DNA of 58,666 bases from the IMG/VR virus record IMGVR_UViG_3300010413_000002, positions 64,001-122,666 of that record, one strand, 5' to 3'. The position numbers were made by a program, and so were the translations under genes. The notes under the pieces are model-generated. The model searched no databases, had not been told where the DNA came from, and worked only from the letters and a program-made list of their open reading frames with translations. Within the stretch, counting starts at the first letter, position 1, and the number at the start of each line of letters is the position of its first letter. Origin of the DNA: a virus (Duplodnaviria; Heunggongvirae; Uroviricota; Caudoviricetes). Shown here piece by piece: positions 17,456 to 28,082 of the stretch.

Positions 17456-18781
17456 ATGTTTTGGAATACTAAAAATACTAAATCAAGAGAAGTAAAATCT
17501 TGTCAATTAGGCACTAATTATACAATTAGTCAATTTACTTATGATAATTATAATGTTACTTATTTAAATTTAGATAATCAATATGATATAAATCCAGTTC
17601 TAAATACAGTTGTTGGCATAGTTGCTAAAGCTATTGCAAATTTACCTCCAATTATTATTGATTCTGAAAATCAAACGATTTTAAAAGACCATCCTTTTTG
17701 GAGCACAATAAACAAACCAAACGAAGAGCAGATTTGGGAAGAATATATAAGAGATTGTGTTTCTGATTATTTATTAGAAGGAACAAGTTATACTTATTTA
17801 GGTTCTGGAAATTTTAAAGGAGAAATTGATTATATTCGTAGAATAAAACCAAGTAAAGTCAATATATATATAGATACTAAAAATGGCAATCCTGATTATT
17901 ATGATGTAATAGGATATAGTAGTACAGAAAGGTTTAAATACTATCCATATTATGATAAAAGAAGCAAACTATTAAAAATAAGTCAATATAATGCTAAAAG
18001 TTATTATTTTGGAGAATTGCCATCTGCAAAACTAAAATCAGCTTATGATGAGATACAACATTTAGAATTAGCAAGTAAATATAACCTTTCTTTCTTAAAA
18101 AAAGGAGCTAGACCAAGCTTAGCTTTAGTTGTTAACGCACAAAACGGATATGATTCTAATTTAACTGAGGAACAAAAAGAATCTATTAAACAACAAGCTA
18201 AAGAAAAATTTGGCGGTTCTAATAATGCTGGTGAGATAATAGTTTTAGAAGGTGGAATGGATATAAAACAACTTTCTACTAATATGAAAGATATGGATTT
18301 TAAAGATTTAATGGAATTTTCTTTAATATTGGTTTGTATGGTAGCTGGCGTTCCACCTGAAATGTGTGGAGTAATAAAAGCTAAGACTTATAATTCAGCA
18401 GCAGAAGCTAGAATAGCATTTTTTGATAATACAGTTATACCTTTGGCAAATCATTTTTATAAAAAATTAAATTCTTGGATTATGTATAGATACAATCCTA
18501 GTATTTATAATAAGGGTGGAAAATTTAAAAATGCAATTTTAACTTATGATAAACGTTCTATAGATGCTCTTGAAATAAGAAGATTAACAGTTGCTAAGAC
18601 ATTTAAAGAAACAGGAGCTAGTACCATAAACGAAAGAAGAGCTTTACAGCATTTAGATCCAGTTTCAAACGGAGATATTCCAATAATTAACGTTGGAGAA
18701 ATGAGGTACGACCAACAAACAAATAACGCAACTCCAATAAATAACACTACAACTAAGGAGAAAGATGACAGTAAGAGTTAA
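17456..18781 (+). CDS. Portal protein, HK97 family
   Basis: FLKKGARPS, GGSNNAG...LEGG, GVPPE, TYNSAAEA...FFDNTVIP. Confidence 0.92.
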   Translation: MFWNTKNTKSREVKSCQLGTNYTISQFTYDNYNVTYLNLDNQYDINPVLNTVVGIVAKAIANLPPIIIDSENQTILKDHPFWSTINKPNEEQIWEEYIRDCVSDYLLEGTSYTYLGSGNFKGEIDYIRRIKPSKVNIYIDTKNGNPDYYDVIGYSSTERFKYYPYYDKRSKLLKISQYNAKSYYFGELPSAKLKSAYDEIQHLELASKYNLSFLKKGARPSLALVVNAQNGYDSNLTEEQKESIKQQAKEKFGGSNNAGEIIVLEGGMDIKQLSTNMKDMDFKDLMEFSLILVCMVAGVPPEMCGVIKAKTYNSAAEARIAFFDNTVIPLANHFYKKLNSWIMYRYNPSIYNKGGKFKNAILTYDKRSIDALEIRRLTVAKTFKETGASTINERRALQHLDPVSNGDIPIINVGEMRYDQQTNNATPINNTTTKEKDDSKS

Positions 18782-19748
18782 AAATGAAATAGTTAATAGT
18801 TATTGGAAGCCAATTATAACAGTAAAAGAACAACAAGTTCATCAAAATGGTTTTCCTGAAATATCAAGTACATTAAATACTTATTTTGGAACAGGAAATA
18901 CTAGTGTTTCTGGAGACGAGATTACTATTGATATTAAACTAGATAACCAAATCAATACTCCTGAAAGTTTTTCTAATGGTAATATAATAAGATTTAAATT
19001 ACAAAATGGAAATTCAACTTATAATAGCATTAAACTTAAATTTGTTGATATAAGTTCTTTAGAGGTAGTTTTAAAAAGACCAACTAATGTTGCAACTTTT
19101 CCTGATAATTCTCTTTTGCCTTATATAAACTATTTAGCAACTTATACAACTGGAACTCCTGATTATTTTCAAATTACAGAAAGTGAAGGATACTTTACTA
19201 ATCTACTTGAAAATAATTATGTTCAATTACAAAAAACTATAGATGCAGTAATAGAATATGCTTCAAAATATACAGGACGAACTATTACTGATAGAGATTA
19301 TATATATAGTTTAAGTGATTTAGTAGATGAAGATGGAAATTATTTTACAATAACATTGCCAAAAAACGACGTTTATAATTTAGAAAAAATTACTTATATA
19401 AACACTTCTGATGTAGAAACAGAGATTGATTTAGATACGTTTTGTATTGAAGAAGACGGTGGTTTTAATGAAAAATTAACTATTACTCCAAGTGCTTTAT
19501 TAGATTTTGAACTTCCAGATGATGTTAGTGAAACAGAAACCTATCCATATAAAGTTTATTATAGTGCAGGCTATCAAAACAATCAAATTCCAGAAGCTTT
19601 AAGGCATGCGATGAAAAATCACTGTGCGTTTTTATGGGGTAATAGAGGAGATATGGTTAATTACGCTGAAATTAAAGAATACAAAACATTGGATAAATGC
19701 GATGCCGCTAAAAATCTTTATAATAAATATAAATATATTGGGGTGTAA
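18765..19748 (+). CDS. Head-tail connector with N-terminal extension
   Basis: C-half YTGRTIT...YSAGY...IPEALRHAM...AFLWGNRG (HK97 gp6-like). Confidence 0.75.
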   Translation: MTVRVKNEIVNSYWKPIITVKEQQVHQNGFPEISSTLNTYFGTGNTSVSGDEITIDIKLDNQINTPESFSNGNIIRFKLQNGNSTYNSIKLKFVDISSLEVVLKRPTNVATFPDNSLLPYINYLATYTTGTPDYFQITESEGYFTNLLENNYVQLQKTIDAVIEYASKYTGRTITDRDYIYSLSDLVDEDGNYFTITLPKNDVYNLEKITYINTSDVETEIDLDTFCIEEDGGFNEKLTITPSALLDFELPDDVSETETYPYKVYYSAGYQNNQIPEALRHAMKNHCAFLWGNRGDMVNYAEIKEYKTLDKCDAAKNLYNKYKYIGV

Positions 19749-20161
19749 TGTCTGTAAGTAAAAGAAACTATGGTAAATTTAATAATTTTAATATTGGTGA
19801 TTTTTCTCATTATATAGAAATACAAAAAAGAACTGAAACTCAAAACAATACCGAAGAAGGTGAACCAAAAATTAATTTTAAAACAATAAAGTATGCTATG
19901 GCTTTTTGGGAAGATTTAAAGCCAATAGAAGTTGTTGGAGATACAGGAGGCTCTGAAGGATTGGTAGCGAGAAGATTAAAAAATGCTTTTATAGTAATTC
20001 CTTATATGGAATCTACTATATTTAGTAGTGACATATGGATTTTATCACTAGGAGTTCGATATAGAATAGATTCTATTGATGATACTGATAAGAAAAAACG
20101 TTATTTAAAATTATATATTTGTGAAACTGGAGACGAAGATTTAACAACTTCAAAAACATAA
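19748..20161 (+). CDS. Head closure / head-tail adaptor
   Basis: GDF...IEIQ, RYRIDSIDD pattern and position. Confidence 0.65.
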   Translation: MSVSKRNYGKFNNFNIGDFSHYIEIQKRTETQNNTEEGEPKINFKTIKYAMAFWEDLKPIEVVGDTGGSEGLVARRLKNAFIVIPYMESTIFSSDIWILSLGVRYRIDSIDDTDKKKRYLKLYICETGDEDLTTSKT

Positions 20162-20583
20162 TGGCTACTTTAAATGATTTAATTGATAGGTTAGAGAGAA
20201 TAAGCCAAGATACAGAAGCTTTTAGTTCATTAGCTGATGAAATTGGCTCTAAAATGGTAGAAGAAGCAAAAAAAAGTTTATTTTTACCAAAAAGTGGAAA
20301 GCTTAATAGAATAACTGGAAAACTTAGGTCTGCCAAAGGAGAGCCTCCAGCTTATGATACAGGTGGATTTTATAGGAATACAACTCATTTTGTAAAAGTA
20401 AATAAAAGCGGACCAACTATTATAAGTTTACAAAATAATACGGTTTATGGACATCGTGTTGAAGTAGGTTACGATAGACCATATTTAACCTATGGACGAG
20501 ATAAAGTATTAGAAAATAAAGCATTTATAGAAAGAACTATTAATCAAGTTTTCTATGATTTTTTTAAAAAGAATTTAGGATAA
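20161..20583 (+). CDS. Tail completion / neck protein (HK97 gp10-like)
   Basis: RSAKGEPPAYDTG, YGHRVEVG..RPYL. Confidence 0.7.
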   Translation: MATLNDLIDRLERISQDTEAFSSLADEIGSKMVEEAKKSLFLPKSGKLNRITGKLRSAKGEPPAYDTGGFYRNTTHFVKVNKSGPTIISLQNNTVYGHRVEVGYDRPYLTYGRDKVLENKAFIERTINQVFYDFFKKNLG

Positions 20584-20586
20584 TTT

Positions 20587-21696
20587 ATGTACTTAAATAC
20601 AATAACAAAACAAATAAAAACTTGGATACCAGAGTTAACAACATTATTTTCAAAAAATCAATCAATAAGTACAATATCTGTTGTTAGTGGCTTAGCTACT
20701 GTTACTACAAGTTCTGCACATAATTTAAGTGTTGGAGATTATGTTTATATTAAAAATGCCAAAATTCCAATTAAAATTTCTAGCATAACAAAAGAAGAAA
20801 TAGATTCAGAAGTGGCAACGATAACAACTTCTTCATATCACGATCAAACTGAAGGTTATACCGAAACAGTAGAGATAGATGGTGTTTCTGATTCAAAATA
20901 CAATGGAGACAAAACATTTATAACAGATATAGATGGTTATAATTATACAATAGAAGTCGATAGCACAGCAACTCAAACGCCAGATGTAACTAATGCTTAC
21001 ATGTATATACATAAATATCAAACTATAAATGGTTGGAAAAAGGTCTTATCAGCTCCAACCGATACAACTTTTACTTATCAAGATAACAATACAAATATTA
21101 CAGCTACAATAAATAATTCAGGAATTATTTTAATAAAAAATCAAAGAATTTTTAATTGTTTAGATTTTCAAGATTCAATGAGTATGTATTGTAATAGTTA
21201 TGGAACTATAAATAAAAATACTGGTTTATTAGAAGATATAAATTTTAAAAACGATAATGAATTAACCATGTTTGTTTGTTTAGATCCTAATAATAAAAGC
21301 TTAGTTACAGTTTATAATAGTATTGGTTTTTATGAGTATATGATACATCTTTATATTTATAAACCAATGAAAAATTCTTATAAGTATTTAGCTAGAGATA
21401 GCATGAGTTTTCTTGAAACAAAAGTTTTAAATCCAATTTTAGGTAATAAAACTTTAGCTAGTGATGATTTGCATAATGTAACAGAAACAGAAACTTTAAA
21501 ATTTTTAGGTGGAAATAAGGCTTATGATAGAAATGAAGTTTTATATGTTCATAGTTTTACATGGTCATTTAGAATAAGAACAAATAAAGCAGATTTAGAT
21601 TTACCAGCAGATAGTGTTAGATTTAATAAAATTGATTTTAATTGGACTTCAGATGAAAACTCTGGAGTTTTGAATGAGTTTATTGTTGATTATTAA
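20587..21696 (+). CDS. Probable tail terminator with inserted beta-rich domains
   Basis: Position before sheath; ATVTTSSAHNLSVGD-type inserts. Confidence 0.5.
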   Translation: MYLNTITKQIKTWIPELTTLFSKNQSISTISVVSGLATVTTSSAHNLSVGDYVYIKNAKIPIKISSITKEEIDSEVATITTSSYHDQTEGYTETVEIDGVSDSKYNGDKTFITDIDGYNYTIEVDSTATQTPDVTNAYMYIHKYQTINGWKKVLSAPTDTTFTYQDNNTNITATINNSGIILIKNQRIFNCLDFQDSMSMYCNSYGTINKNTGLLEDINFKNDNELTMFVCLDPNNKSLVTVYNSIGFYEYMIHLYIYKPMKNSYKYLARDSMSFLETKVLNPILGNKTLASDDLHNVTETETLKFLGGNKAYDRNEVLYVHSFTWSFRIRTNKADLDLPADSVRFNKIDFNWTSDENSGVLNEFIVDY

Positions 21697-21764
21697 TTTT
21701 TAGGACTTCCGTGAAATTTAGTTTTCATATTTAATATGAATAATATTAATTAATAATTATCTCG

Positions 21765-22004
21765 ATGAAAAATTCAAACAACAAAATAAGAATTCAGATA
21801 AATAGTAAAAATTTTAGAAAAGGTAAAGACTTAATTTCAGTTGGAAGCAAAATTACTGTAGAAGTTGATAAACAAGGACTTCCTATTGATACCTTTTGGA
21901 AAAAAAGACTAGAAGAAGCAAAAATTGACAATAGTTTGTCTATAGTGAAAAAAGACAAAATCAAAAAAAAAGTAATTAACAACAACGACAAGGAGAATAA
22001 GTAA
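21765..22004 (+). CDS. Mu-like small pre-sheath protein (DUF2635-like)
   Basis: FWKKRLEEA..D motif directly before sheath. Confidence 0.6.
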   Translation: MKNSNNKIRIQINSKNFRKGKDLISVGSKITVEVDKQGLPIDTFWKKRLEEAKIDNSLSIVKKDKIKKKVINNNDKENK

Positions 22005-23521
22005 TGCCTAAAGTATTAATTAGCACTTTAACGCAAGGACAATATGACCTAGGTTATAAGACTTTAATGATTGGAAGTGCTACAACTGGTTCATCAGTTA
22101 CAACTGGAGAATTAGTTACAAATATAAGATCGGCGTCTGCTTTAGCAACAGCTATAGGTAATGATAACTTCTTATATAATATGGCTAGAAAATATTGGTT
22201 AGCAGATCCTAATTACGAAACACAATTAGATTATATTTTCTTAGCAGAGGAAGGTGGAGCGACAGCTACAACAATAACAACCGCAGTAAGTGGATCAGCT
22301 ACTGCTGATGGAAGTGTAACTTTGGTAGTTGGAGAAAGAGAATGGACGGTTACGGTTGCAATTTCAAATGGCGACGCTGCTACTGATGTTGTAGATGATT
22401 TTGTAACAGCATTAAATGCTTTAAGTTATTTTCCATTTACTGCAAGCAATGCTACTGGAACTTTAACGTTAACTTCTAATGTAAAAGGTGGAATTGGACA
22501 AGTTCCTGTTAAATTAACTGGTTCTGCAGCTGGAATAACTTTTGGTGCTTTAACAAACAACGCAGGTTCTACACCTCCATTAGCAACAGGAATTAAAACT
22601 ATCTTGGATGGAGTAATTGGTGCTAAATATGATATGATAATAGTAGAAGACGAAGTTGTTTTAACTCCTATTATTTCTATGCTTGATACTTATATTACAA
22701 TTAACAATGAAAATAAATCAGGAGCATTAGTAATTCCTTTAGTTGATACTTATGCTAATTTATTAACTGCACAAACAAGTTATAATAAGAGAAATATTCC
22801 AATATTTGGATTAAAAACAATAACAGATACATCTACAGAAATTAATTCAAATCATGTTTTTGCAACTCCTTGTTTATTTTTAGGATATTGGGCAGGTGTT
22901 CTTGCTGTTTGTTTAACTGACGATGCTGATTGTTCTTCATTTCTTGGAGGAGCAAATATTGTAACTGGGACGCCAAGTAATAGAAGTATTCCTTTTGCTG
23001 ATATTGTTACAACGAAGTATTATACAACAGATGCACAAGGCTGGACTCAAACAGAAATAGACGGCTTAGAAACAGGAGGAATAACAGCTTTTTATAACAA
23101 CAAAGCAGGAAATTTAGTTATTAATAATCTAGTTTCAACATATTTAACTAATGGCGATGGAAATCCTGACTCAACATACCATTTCTTTAATGATTGGTTA
23201 AGTAGCGATTTTGCAAACGGATATATGTTCGAAGCAGCTAAAGCACAAAAACATCAAAGATTAGAATCGGAAACAGCTAATGGAAAAATGATAGCTTTAT
23301 TTGCTGGTTGGTATGATACATTATCAAACGTTGAAGAAGACAGTTCTGGAAATAGATATTCAATATTAGATTCTGGAGGAAAATCAGATTTTATGGATAG
23401 TGTAAGAAATACAATGACTATTGATTTTTCTTTAGGAAGAGTAACTGTAAGTAGAGCTGTTGAAACTTTATTAGCTCAATTTAGAGAATTGAGATTATAC
23501 AATTTATTTAAACATATTTAG
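22004..23521 (+). CDS. Contractile tail sheath (Mu gpL-like)
   Basis: ATADGSVTLVVG, LETGGIT, LVSTYLTNGDGNPDSTY. Confidence 0.88.
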   Translation: MPKVLISTLTQGQYDLGYKTLMIGSATTGSSVTTGELVTNIRSASALATAIGNDNFLYNMARKYWLADPNYETQLDYIFLAEEGGATATTITTAVSGSATADGSVTLVVGEREWTVTVAISNGDAATDVVDDFVTALNALSYFPFTASNATGTLTLTSNVKGGIGQVPVKLTGSAAGITFGALTNNAGSTPPLATGIKTILDGVIGAKYDMIIVEDEVVLTPIISMLDTYITINNENKSGALVIPLVDTYANLLTAQTSYNKRNIPIFGLKTITDTSTEINSNHVFATPCLFLGYWAGVLAVCLTDDADCSSFLGGANIVTGTPSNRSIPFADIVTTKYYTTDAQGWTQTEIDGLETGGITAFYNNKAGNLVINNLVSTYLTNGDGNPDSTYHFFNDWLSSDFANGYMFEAAKAQKHQRLESETANGKMIALFAGWYDTLSNVEEDSSGNRYSILDSGGKSDFMDSVRNTMTIDFSLGRVTVSRAVETLLAQFRELRLYNLFKHI

Positions 23522-23529
23522 GAGAAACT

Positions 23530-23937
23530 ATGGCAACTATAACTTGGGAAAATGCTAATCTTAATGAATTTCCTATTATAGAAATTAATGGTGAAGTTTT
23601 TCCATACGCAGTTCAGGATGGAAAAATAGATATACAAAATTATGGCTTAAACAATATTATAACCAAAAAACTTAGTACAGGAAGTATAGTTATTTCAGAA
23701 GAAACAAATACAGATGGTGCTAAAATTGGTATACCTGTATATCAAATGCCAGGATTAAGAAAGTGGGTAAAAGATAGAACTGAAGAAGGATTGTTTACAA
23801 TAGTATTTAATTATACAAAAGCTAGTTATGTAGAAAAAATTACAAACGCAACTATTGAAAACGTTCCAACAGGTCAAAATGGTGAAACTGTAACTATGAT
23901 AGTTAGAGGAAGTGTGGTGGATGTTCAACAAACATAG
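23530..23937 (+). CDS. Tail tube
   Basis: 135 aa immediately after sheath. Confidence 0.7.
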   Translation: MATITWENANLNEFPIIEINGEVFPYAVQDGKIDIQNYGLNNIITKKLSTGSIVISEETNTDGAKIGIPVYQMPGLRKWVKDRTEEGLFTIVFNYTKASYVEKITNATIENVPTGQNGETVTMIVRGSVVDVQQT

Positions 23938-23964
23938 TTATTTTTTATTAATAATTAATTAAAA

Positions 23965-24510
23965 ATGAAAGTAAGTAAGGAACAACCAAAAAAATTAGTT
24001 TATGATTTACCAAAAGATTTAGAATATTCTAAAAACGGTAATTTTATAAAAACCAAAAAACTTTATATAAAAGAATTTGTTTATGGAGAATTAAGTTTTC
24101 TTGAAGAGAAATTAGATGATTTTTTAGATGAATTTGAAAACTATAGAGAAAAAGGTGCTGAAATTTTTGAAAAAGAAAATAGAGAAACTATTCAAGAACC
24201 AAAAGATTCAAATCCTGAAGATTTAAAAAAGAAAATTGAACTAGAGAAAGAGATAGCTAAGACTAAAAATGATATTCAATTAATGTCAGCACTTCAATTT
24301 CTTTGTGCTAAAAAAGGTGGATTACCAACAACTTATTTAAAAAAAGCTTTATTACCTTTTTTAATAAATTATATATATTGTGATGAAGAAATGACTATAA
24401 AAATCACAGAAAAAAATTTAAAAGAATTGGGATTAACTCAAAGAGGGCTTATTGATTTTTTCTTACTAGGCGAGTTGTTGCCTTGTTACATTTCATCAAG
24501 TTTAAAGTAG
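23965..24510 (+). CDS. Tail assembly chaperone (G)
   Basis: Between tube and tape measure; ends at slippery T TTA AAG TAG. Confidence 0.7.
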   Translation: MKVSKEQPKKLVYDLPKDLEYSKNGNFIKTKKLYIKEFVYGELSFLEEKLDDFLDEFENYREKGAEIFEKENRETIQEPKDSNPEDLKKKIELEKEIAKTKNDIQLMSALQFLCAKKGGLPTTYLKKALLPFLINYIYCDEEMTIKITEKNLKELGLTQRGLIDFFLLGELLPCYISSSLK

Positions 24511-24671
24511 AAAGAGATAAAGAAGCTAGAGATTTAATAAAATTCTATAAAGGTGGATTAAATATACAATATCTAAAAAAGATTACTTTAATGAATTTCT
24601 TTTATGAAATTTATCTAGCTAATATTTTAGCAAAAGAAGAAAAGGAAGCAATTAATGGATCAGCCATATAA
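24501..24671 (+). CDS. Tail assembly chaperone -1 frame extension (T)
   Basis: -1 frame open from slippery heptamer 24501-24507 to overlap with tape measure start. Confidence 0.7.
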   Translation, partial: FKVERDKEARDLIKFYKGGLNIQYLKKITLMNFFYEIYLANILAKEEKEAINGSAI

Positions 24672-26754
24672 ATTAGATATAGATATAAAACAAGAACTTC
24701 TTAAGTCTTTGGCTGTAGCTAAAAATTTAGTTGCAGGAATTAGCGAAGAAGCTTTAAAATCTAAAAAAAATCTAAATGCTTCTTTAAGAGAAGCTCGTCA
24801 AGTAATTAAAGGTGCTTATACTGCCACACAATCGATAGCAAATGCCTATAAAAGTGCCATAAGAGCTTCAGGACAATATTATCAAAATCTTCAAAAAATT
24901 AAATCAGCTTCAAAAGAAATAGCTGAAGCAAGAATACAATCCTTATTAACTTCTGGTGTTAATATAGGAGCAGCTAGAACTACTGGTTTGTTTAGACAAG
25001 CAGGAGGAACAGCTGGAATGGCAGAAATTTATCCAGAAGTTGAAGCTATTCAAAGAAGAGTAAGAGCTGGAAGATTAATAAGTGCAACTGAATTGTATAA
25101 TTTAGGCAAGAAAACTGGTATTAAATTTACCAATGGAATGCTTGATGAAATTAATAAAGCCGCTAAAACAAGAAGAGTTGATTTAAGCAGAATGGTTGCA
25201 ATAGAAAGATTAACTGGAAAAAAAATCTATTCTACTGTAGAGGCTAATACATTTGAAGGGTTTAAAAAAGGAATTAGAAGAGCTGAACCATATTTAGTTA
25301 GAAGATTTAAATCTATAATATCATTTTTTGGAATATATGGAGTAGCTCGTATAACAACTTCTGCAATACAAGCTAGAGTAGAAAGAGAACAAGCTCAAAG
25401 AACAATAGCAACAATATTACCGAATTTAGGTATTACTGGTAGTATAAGAGAGAGATTAAAGTTTGCAAAAGGAGAAATCGAAAGATTTATGAGAGAAATG
25501 TCCGGAATGGGCGTTGATCCTTTTGCATTACAAAGACCATACATGCAATTCTTAGCTGCTTCTAAAGGAAGTATAGAAGAAGCTAGAAGACAATTTTCTG
25601 CATTCATGACATTAGCTAAAGTTTATGGTTTAAATTCTGAAGGTATTAAGGGAATGACATATGCTTTAGTTCAGATGAAATCTAAAGGTAGGTTATCAAT
25701 GGAGGAACTCAGTAGACAAATGGGTAACCAATTACCAGGTGCTGTAAGAATTTTTGCTGATGCAATGGGAATGAGTTATGAAACAATGCTTTCTACTATC
25801 AAGAGTGCAGGTATTGATTCTGAATTTGCTATAAGAAAAGTAACTGATTATGTTCAAAATAAATTTCAAGGCTTAGGTAAGTTTTTGACACAAGATTTTG
25901 GAAGTGTATTGCAAACTTTAAGAGGAAATTTTAGATTACTTACTGCGGAAATGGTTTCTGGAACAAGTGGAGGAATAATAAGAGCATTTGCTTTTTCAAT
26001 GAATAGAGTATTAATTATTGCAAGAGAATTCGCTCCATTAATTAATGCTGTTTCTGTTGGCATAATAGCCTTATCTATTAGTGCCAATAAAGCTAAAATC
26101 TTAAAAGTTTTATTTGGTGCTTCCACAATAGCTCAAATAAGAACAATGCAAGGAACTATGACTGCCTTTGGAATGAGTGCTTTAATGGCTTATGGTTCTT
26201 TTGAAATTCTTTTTAATAAAATAAGGCAACTAAGTAGACTCAGACAAGTTGGTGGTAAAGGAAGTGGTATACAATTCCTTAGAGATATTTTACCTTTAGT
26301 TGGAGCTGGAGCTTTAGCTATAGGAACAACTGTTAAGGGTTTTTATCAAACTTTCACTATATTAAATAAAATTTATAAACAAACTCAATCTTATTTAATG
26401 CTAAAAAAGGGATTACTTTCTATATTAAGAAAAGAACTTTTTTTAGAAACTCTTATAGCTATTGTAAAAAATCCTGCTAAGTTAGCTATTGGTCTTGGAG
26501 TTGCTGCTGGAGTAGGAGCGGTTGGATATGGAATTTGGAAAGCTGGAGAGGCTAGAATTGAAAGAACGCAAGAAAACAATAGGCAAACAACATCATTAAC
26601 AAGAGACGCTTATAGAATTCAACCATTAGATATAAATATGAATTTAACTGGTGGGGTATCTGGTATGGGAGATTATAGCACAACAATGACAGTGGAAGAA
26701 AATAAAGATGTTGGCGTATTTAATTTTAATAATTTAACAGGAAATCAAATTTAG
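24655..26754 (+). CDS. Tape measure protein
   Basis: ALVQMKSKGRLSMEELSRQMGNQLPGA tape-measure domain. Confidence 0.92.
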   Translation: MDQPYKLDIDIKQELLKSLAVAKNLVAGISEEALKSKKNLNASLREARQVIKGAYTATQSIANAYKSAIRASGQYYQNLQKIKSASKEIAEARIQSLLTSGVNIGAARTTGLFRQAGGTAGMAEIYPEVEAIQRRVRAGRLISATELYNLGKKTGIKFTNGMLDEINKAAKTRRVDLSRMVAIERLTGKKIYSTVEANTFEGFKKGIRRAEPYLVRRFKSIISFFGIYGVARITTSAIQARVEREQAQRTIATILPNLGITGSIRERLKFAKGEIERFMREMSGMGVDPFALQRPYMQFLAASKGSIEEARRQFSAFMTLAKVYGLNSEGIKGMTYALVQMKSKGRLSMEELSRQMGNQLPGAVRIFADAMGMSYETMLSTIKSAGIDSEFAIRKVTDYVQNKFQGLGKFLTQDFGSVLQTLRGNFRLLTAEMVSGTSGGIIRAFAFSMNRVLIIAREFAPLINAVSVGIIALSISANKAKILKVLFGASTIAQIRTMQGTMTAFGMSALMAYGSFEILFNKIRQLSRLRQVGGKGSGIQFLRDILPLVGAGALAIGTTVKGFYQTFTILNKIYKQTQSYLMLKKGLLSILRKELFLETLIAIVKNPAKLAIGLGVAAGVGAVGYGIWKAGEARIERTQENNRQTTSLTRDAYRIQPLDINMNLTGGVSGMGDYSTTMTVEENKDVGVFNFNNLTGNQI

Positions 26755-26756
26755 AT

Positions 26757-28082
26757 ATGACAATAAATTATATTAGAGATTATATAACATTAAATGAAAG
26801 AAAGTTTTTTTGGATAAATTCTTCAGAAGATTATTCTAAAAAACTTGATATACAAAATATTCCAAAAACAAATATACCAGTTGTTCAATATTTAGGTGAA
26901 GGAAATAAATATATTAATTTAGAATTAAGAACTGGTGGAAAAACAAATTCTGAAAACAGCACACAACCAGAACAAGAATATATATCAGAAAAAGAATGGA
27001 TTAGAACTTTTTTAGGAACTAGAAAAGGTTTAAAAGTAAAAACCGTTTTACCAGATGCAAAAAGTTATGATTGTGTTTTATTAGAAGGGAAAATAACAGA
27101 AGATAATTCTTTATTAAATATAATAAGCTTTAATGTTAAATTATTAATTATACCAATTATTCCTCCTAGAAATATTTCGAATAAAAACGCTTTGTTAACG
27201 CAAGCCCAAAGCGCAAGAAATACCTTGAAAGAAAATATTGGAGAAAATATTCCAGATACTGTTTTTGCAGATAAAAAAGATAGTATTTTTTCTATAATGA
27301 AGAGAAATGGAATAACTTTTTATAAAAGAGGAAAAGATCTTTTTAAAAAATTTTCTAAAGGAGCAAAAGTAGTTGGAGATTATACGAGAAAAGTTCAAAG
27401 TAAATTAAATAAATTAGCACTTATAAAAAGTAAAATAATAAGTTTTTCTCAAAAACCAAGTCAATGGGTTGGTGATTTATTAGAAATAAATAGAAAAGTA
27501 AGAGAATTAGCAAATACTCCAACTCAATTGTTTAATATAATAGTAGATACTATAGGAAGAGCAAAAGTTTATTTTGGAGATACAAAAGAAACTTTAAGTG
27601 GATTATTAAGTGCATTTGATTTTACTAAATCAGAGCCTAAAACGGTAAATAATTTGAATACTTTTTATAGAAACTCTGATGAAGAAGGAATAAAAAATAT
27701 AACTAATGCCGCTTTATTGATTACAGCTTATGAAATGGCAGCAAATATAGATTATAGTAATAGTGATGATATAAAAGAAGTCCAAGAGAGTTTAAGTTTA
27801 ATGTATAATTCAATAATGGCAAATCCCTTATTAGATGAAAATACAAAGAATGCAATTTATTTACTTAAAGTAGAAGTTGACAAATTTCTTAATAATTTAT
27901 TAAAAAATGTAAACAATGTAATCATTGTAAATATATCAAGACCAACACCGTTTGATGTTATAATTTTTGATAGATATGGAAATCTTGATTTATATGACGA
28001 ATTAATTGCTTTAAACCTTGGGACTATTACTGATTTATCAAATGTTAGTGGAGACATAAAGTTATATGCAGAGCAAATATAA
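26757..28082 (+). CDS. Mu gpN-like DNA circularisation protein
   Basis: N-terminal VQYLGEG, C-terminal DRYGNL..YDELIALN. Confidence 0.75.
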   Translation: MTINYIRDYITLNERKFFWINSSEDYSKKLDIQNIPKTNIPVVQYLGEGNKYINLELRTGGKTNSENSTQPEQEYISEKEWIRTFLGTRKGLKVKTVLPDAKSYDCVLLEGKITEDNSLLNIISFNVKLLIIPIIPPRNISNKNALLTQAQSARNTLKENIGENIPDTVFADKKDSIFSIMKRNGITFYKRGKDLFKKFSKGAKVVGDYTRKVQSKLNKLALIKSKIISFSQKPSQWVGDLLEINRKVRELANTPTQLFNIIVDTIGRAKVYFGDTKETLSGLLSAFDFTKSEPKTVNNLNTFYRNSDEEGIKNITNAALLITAYEMAANIDYSNSDDIKEVQESLSLMYNSIMANPLLDENTKNAIYLLKVEVDKFLNNLLKNVNNVIIVNISRPTPFDVIIFDRYGNLDLYDELIALNLGTITDLSNVSGDIKLYAEQI

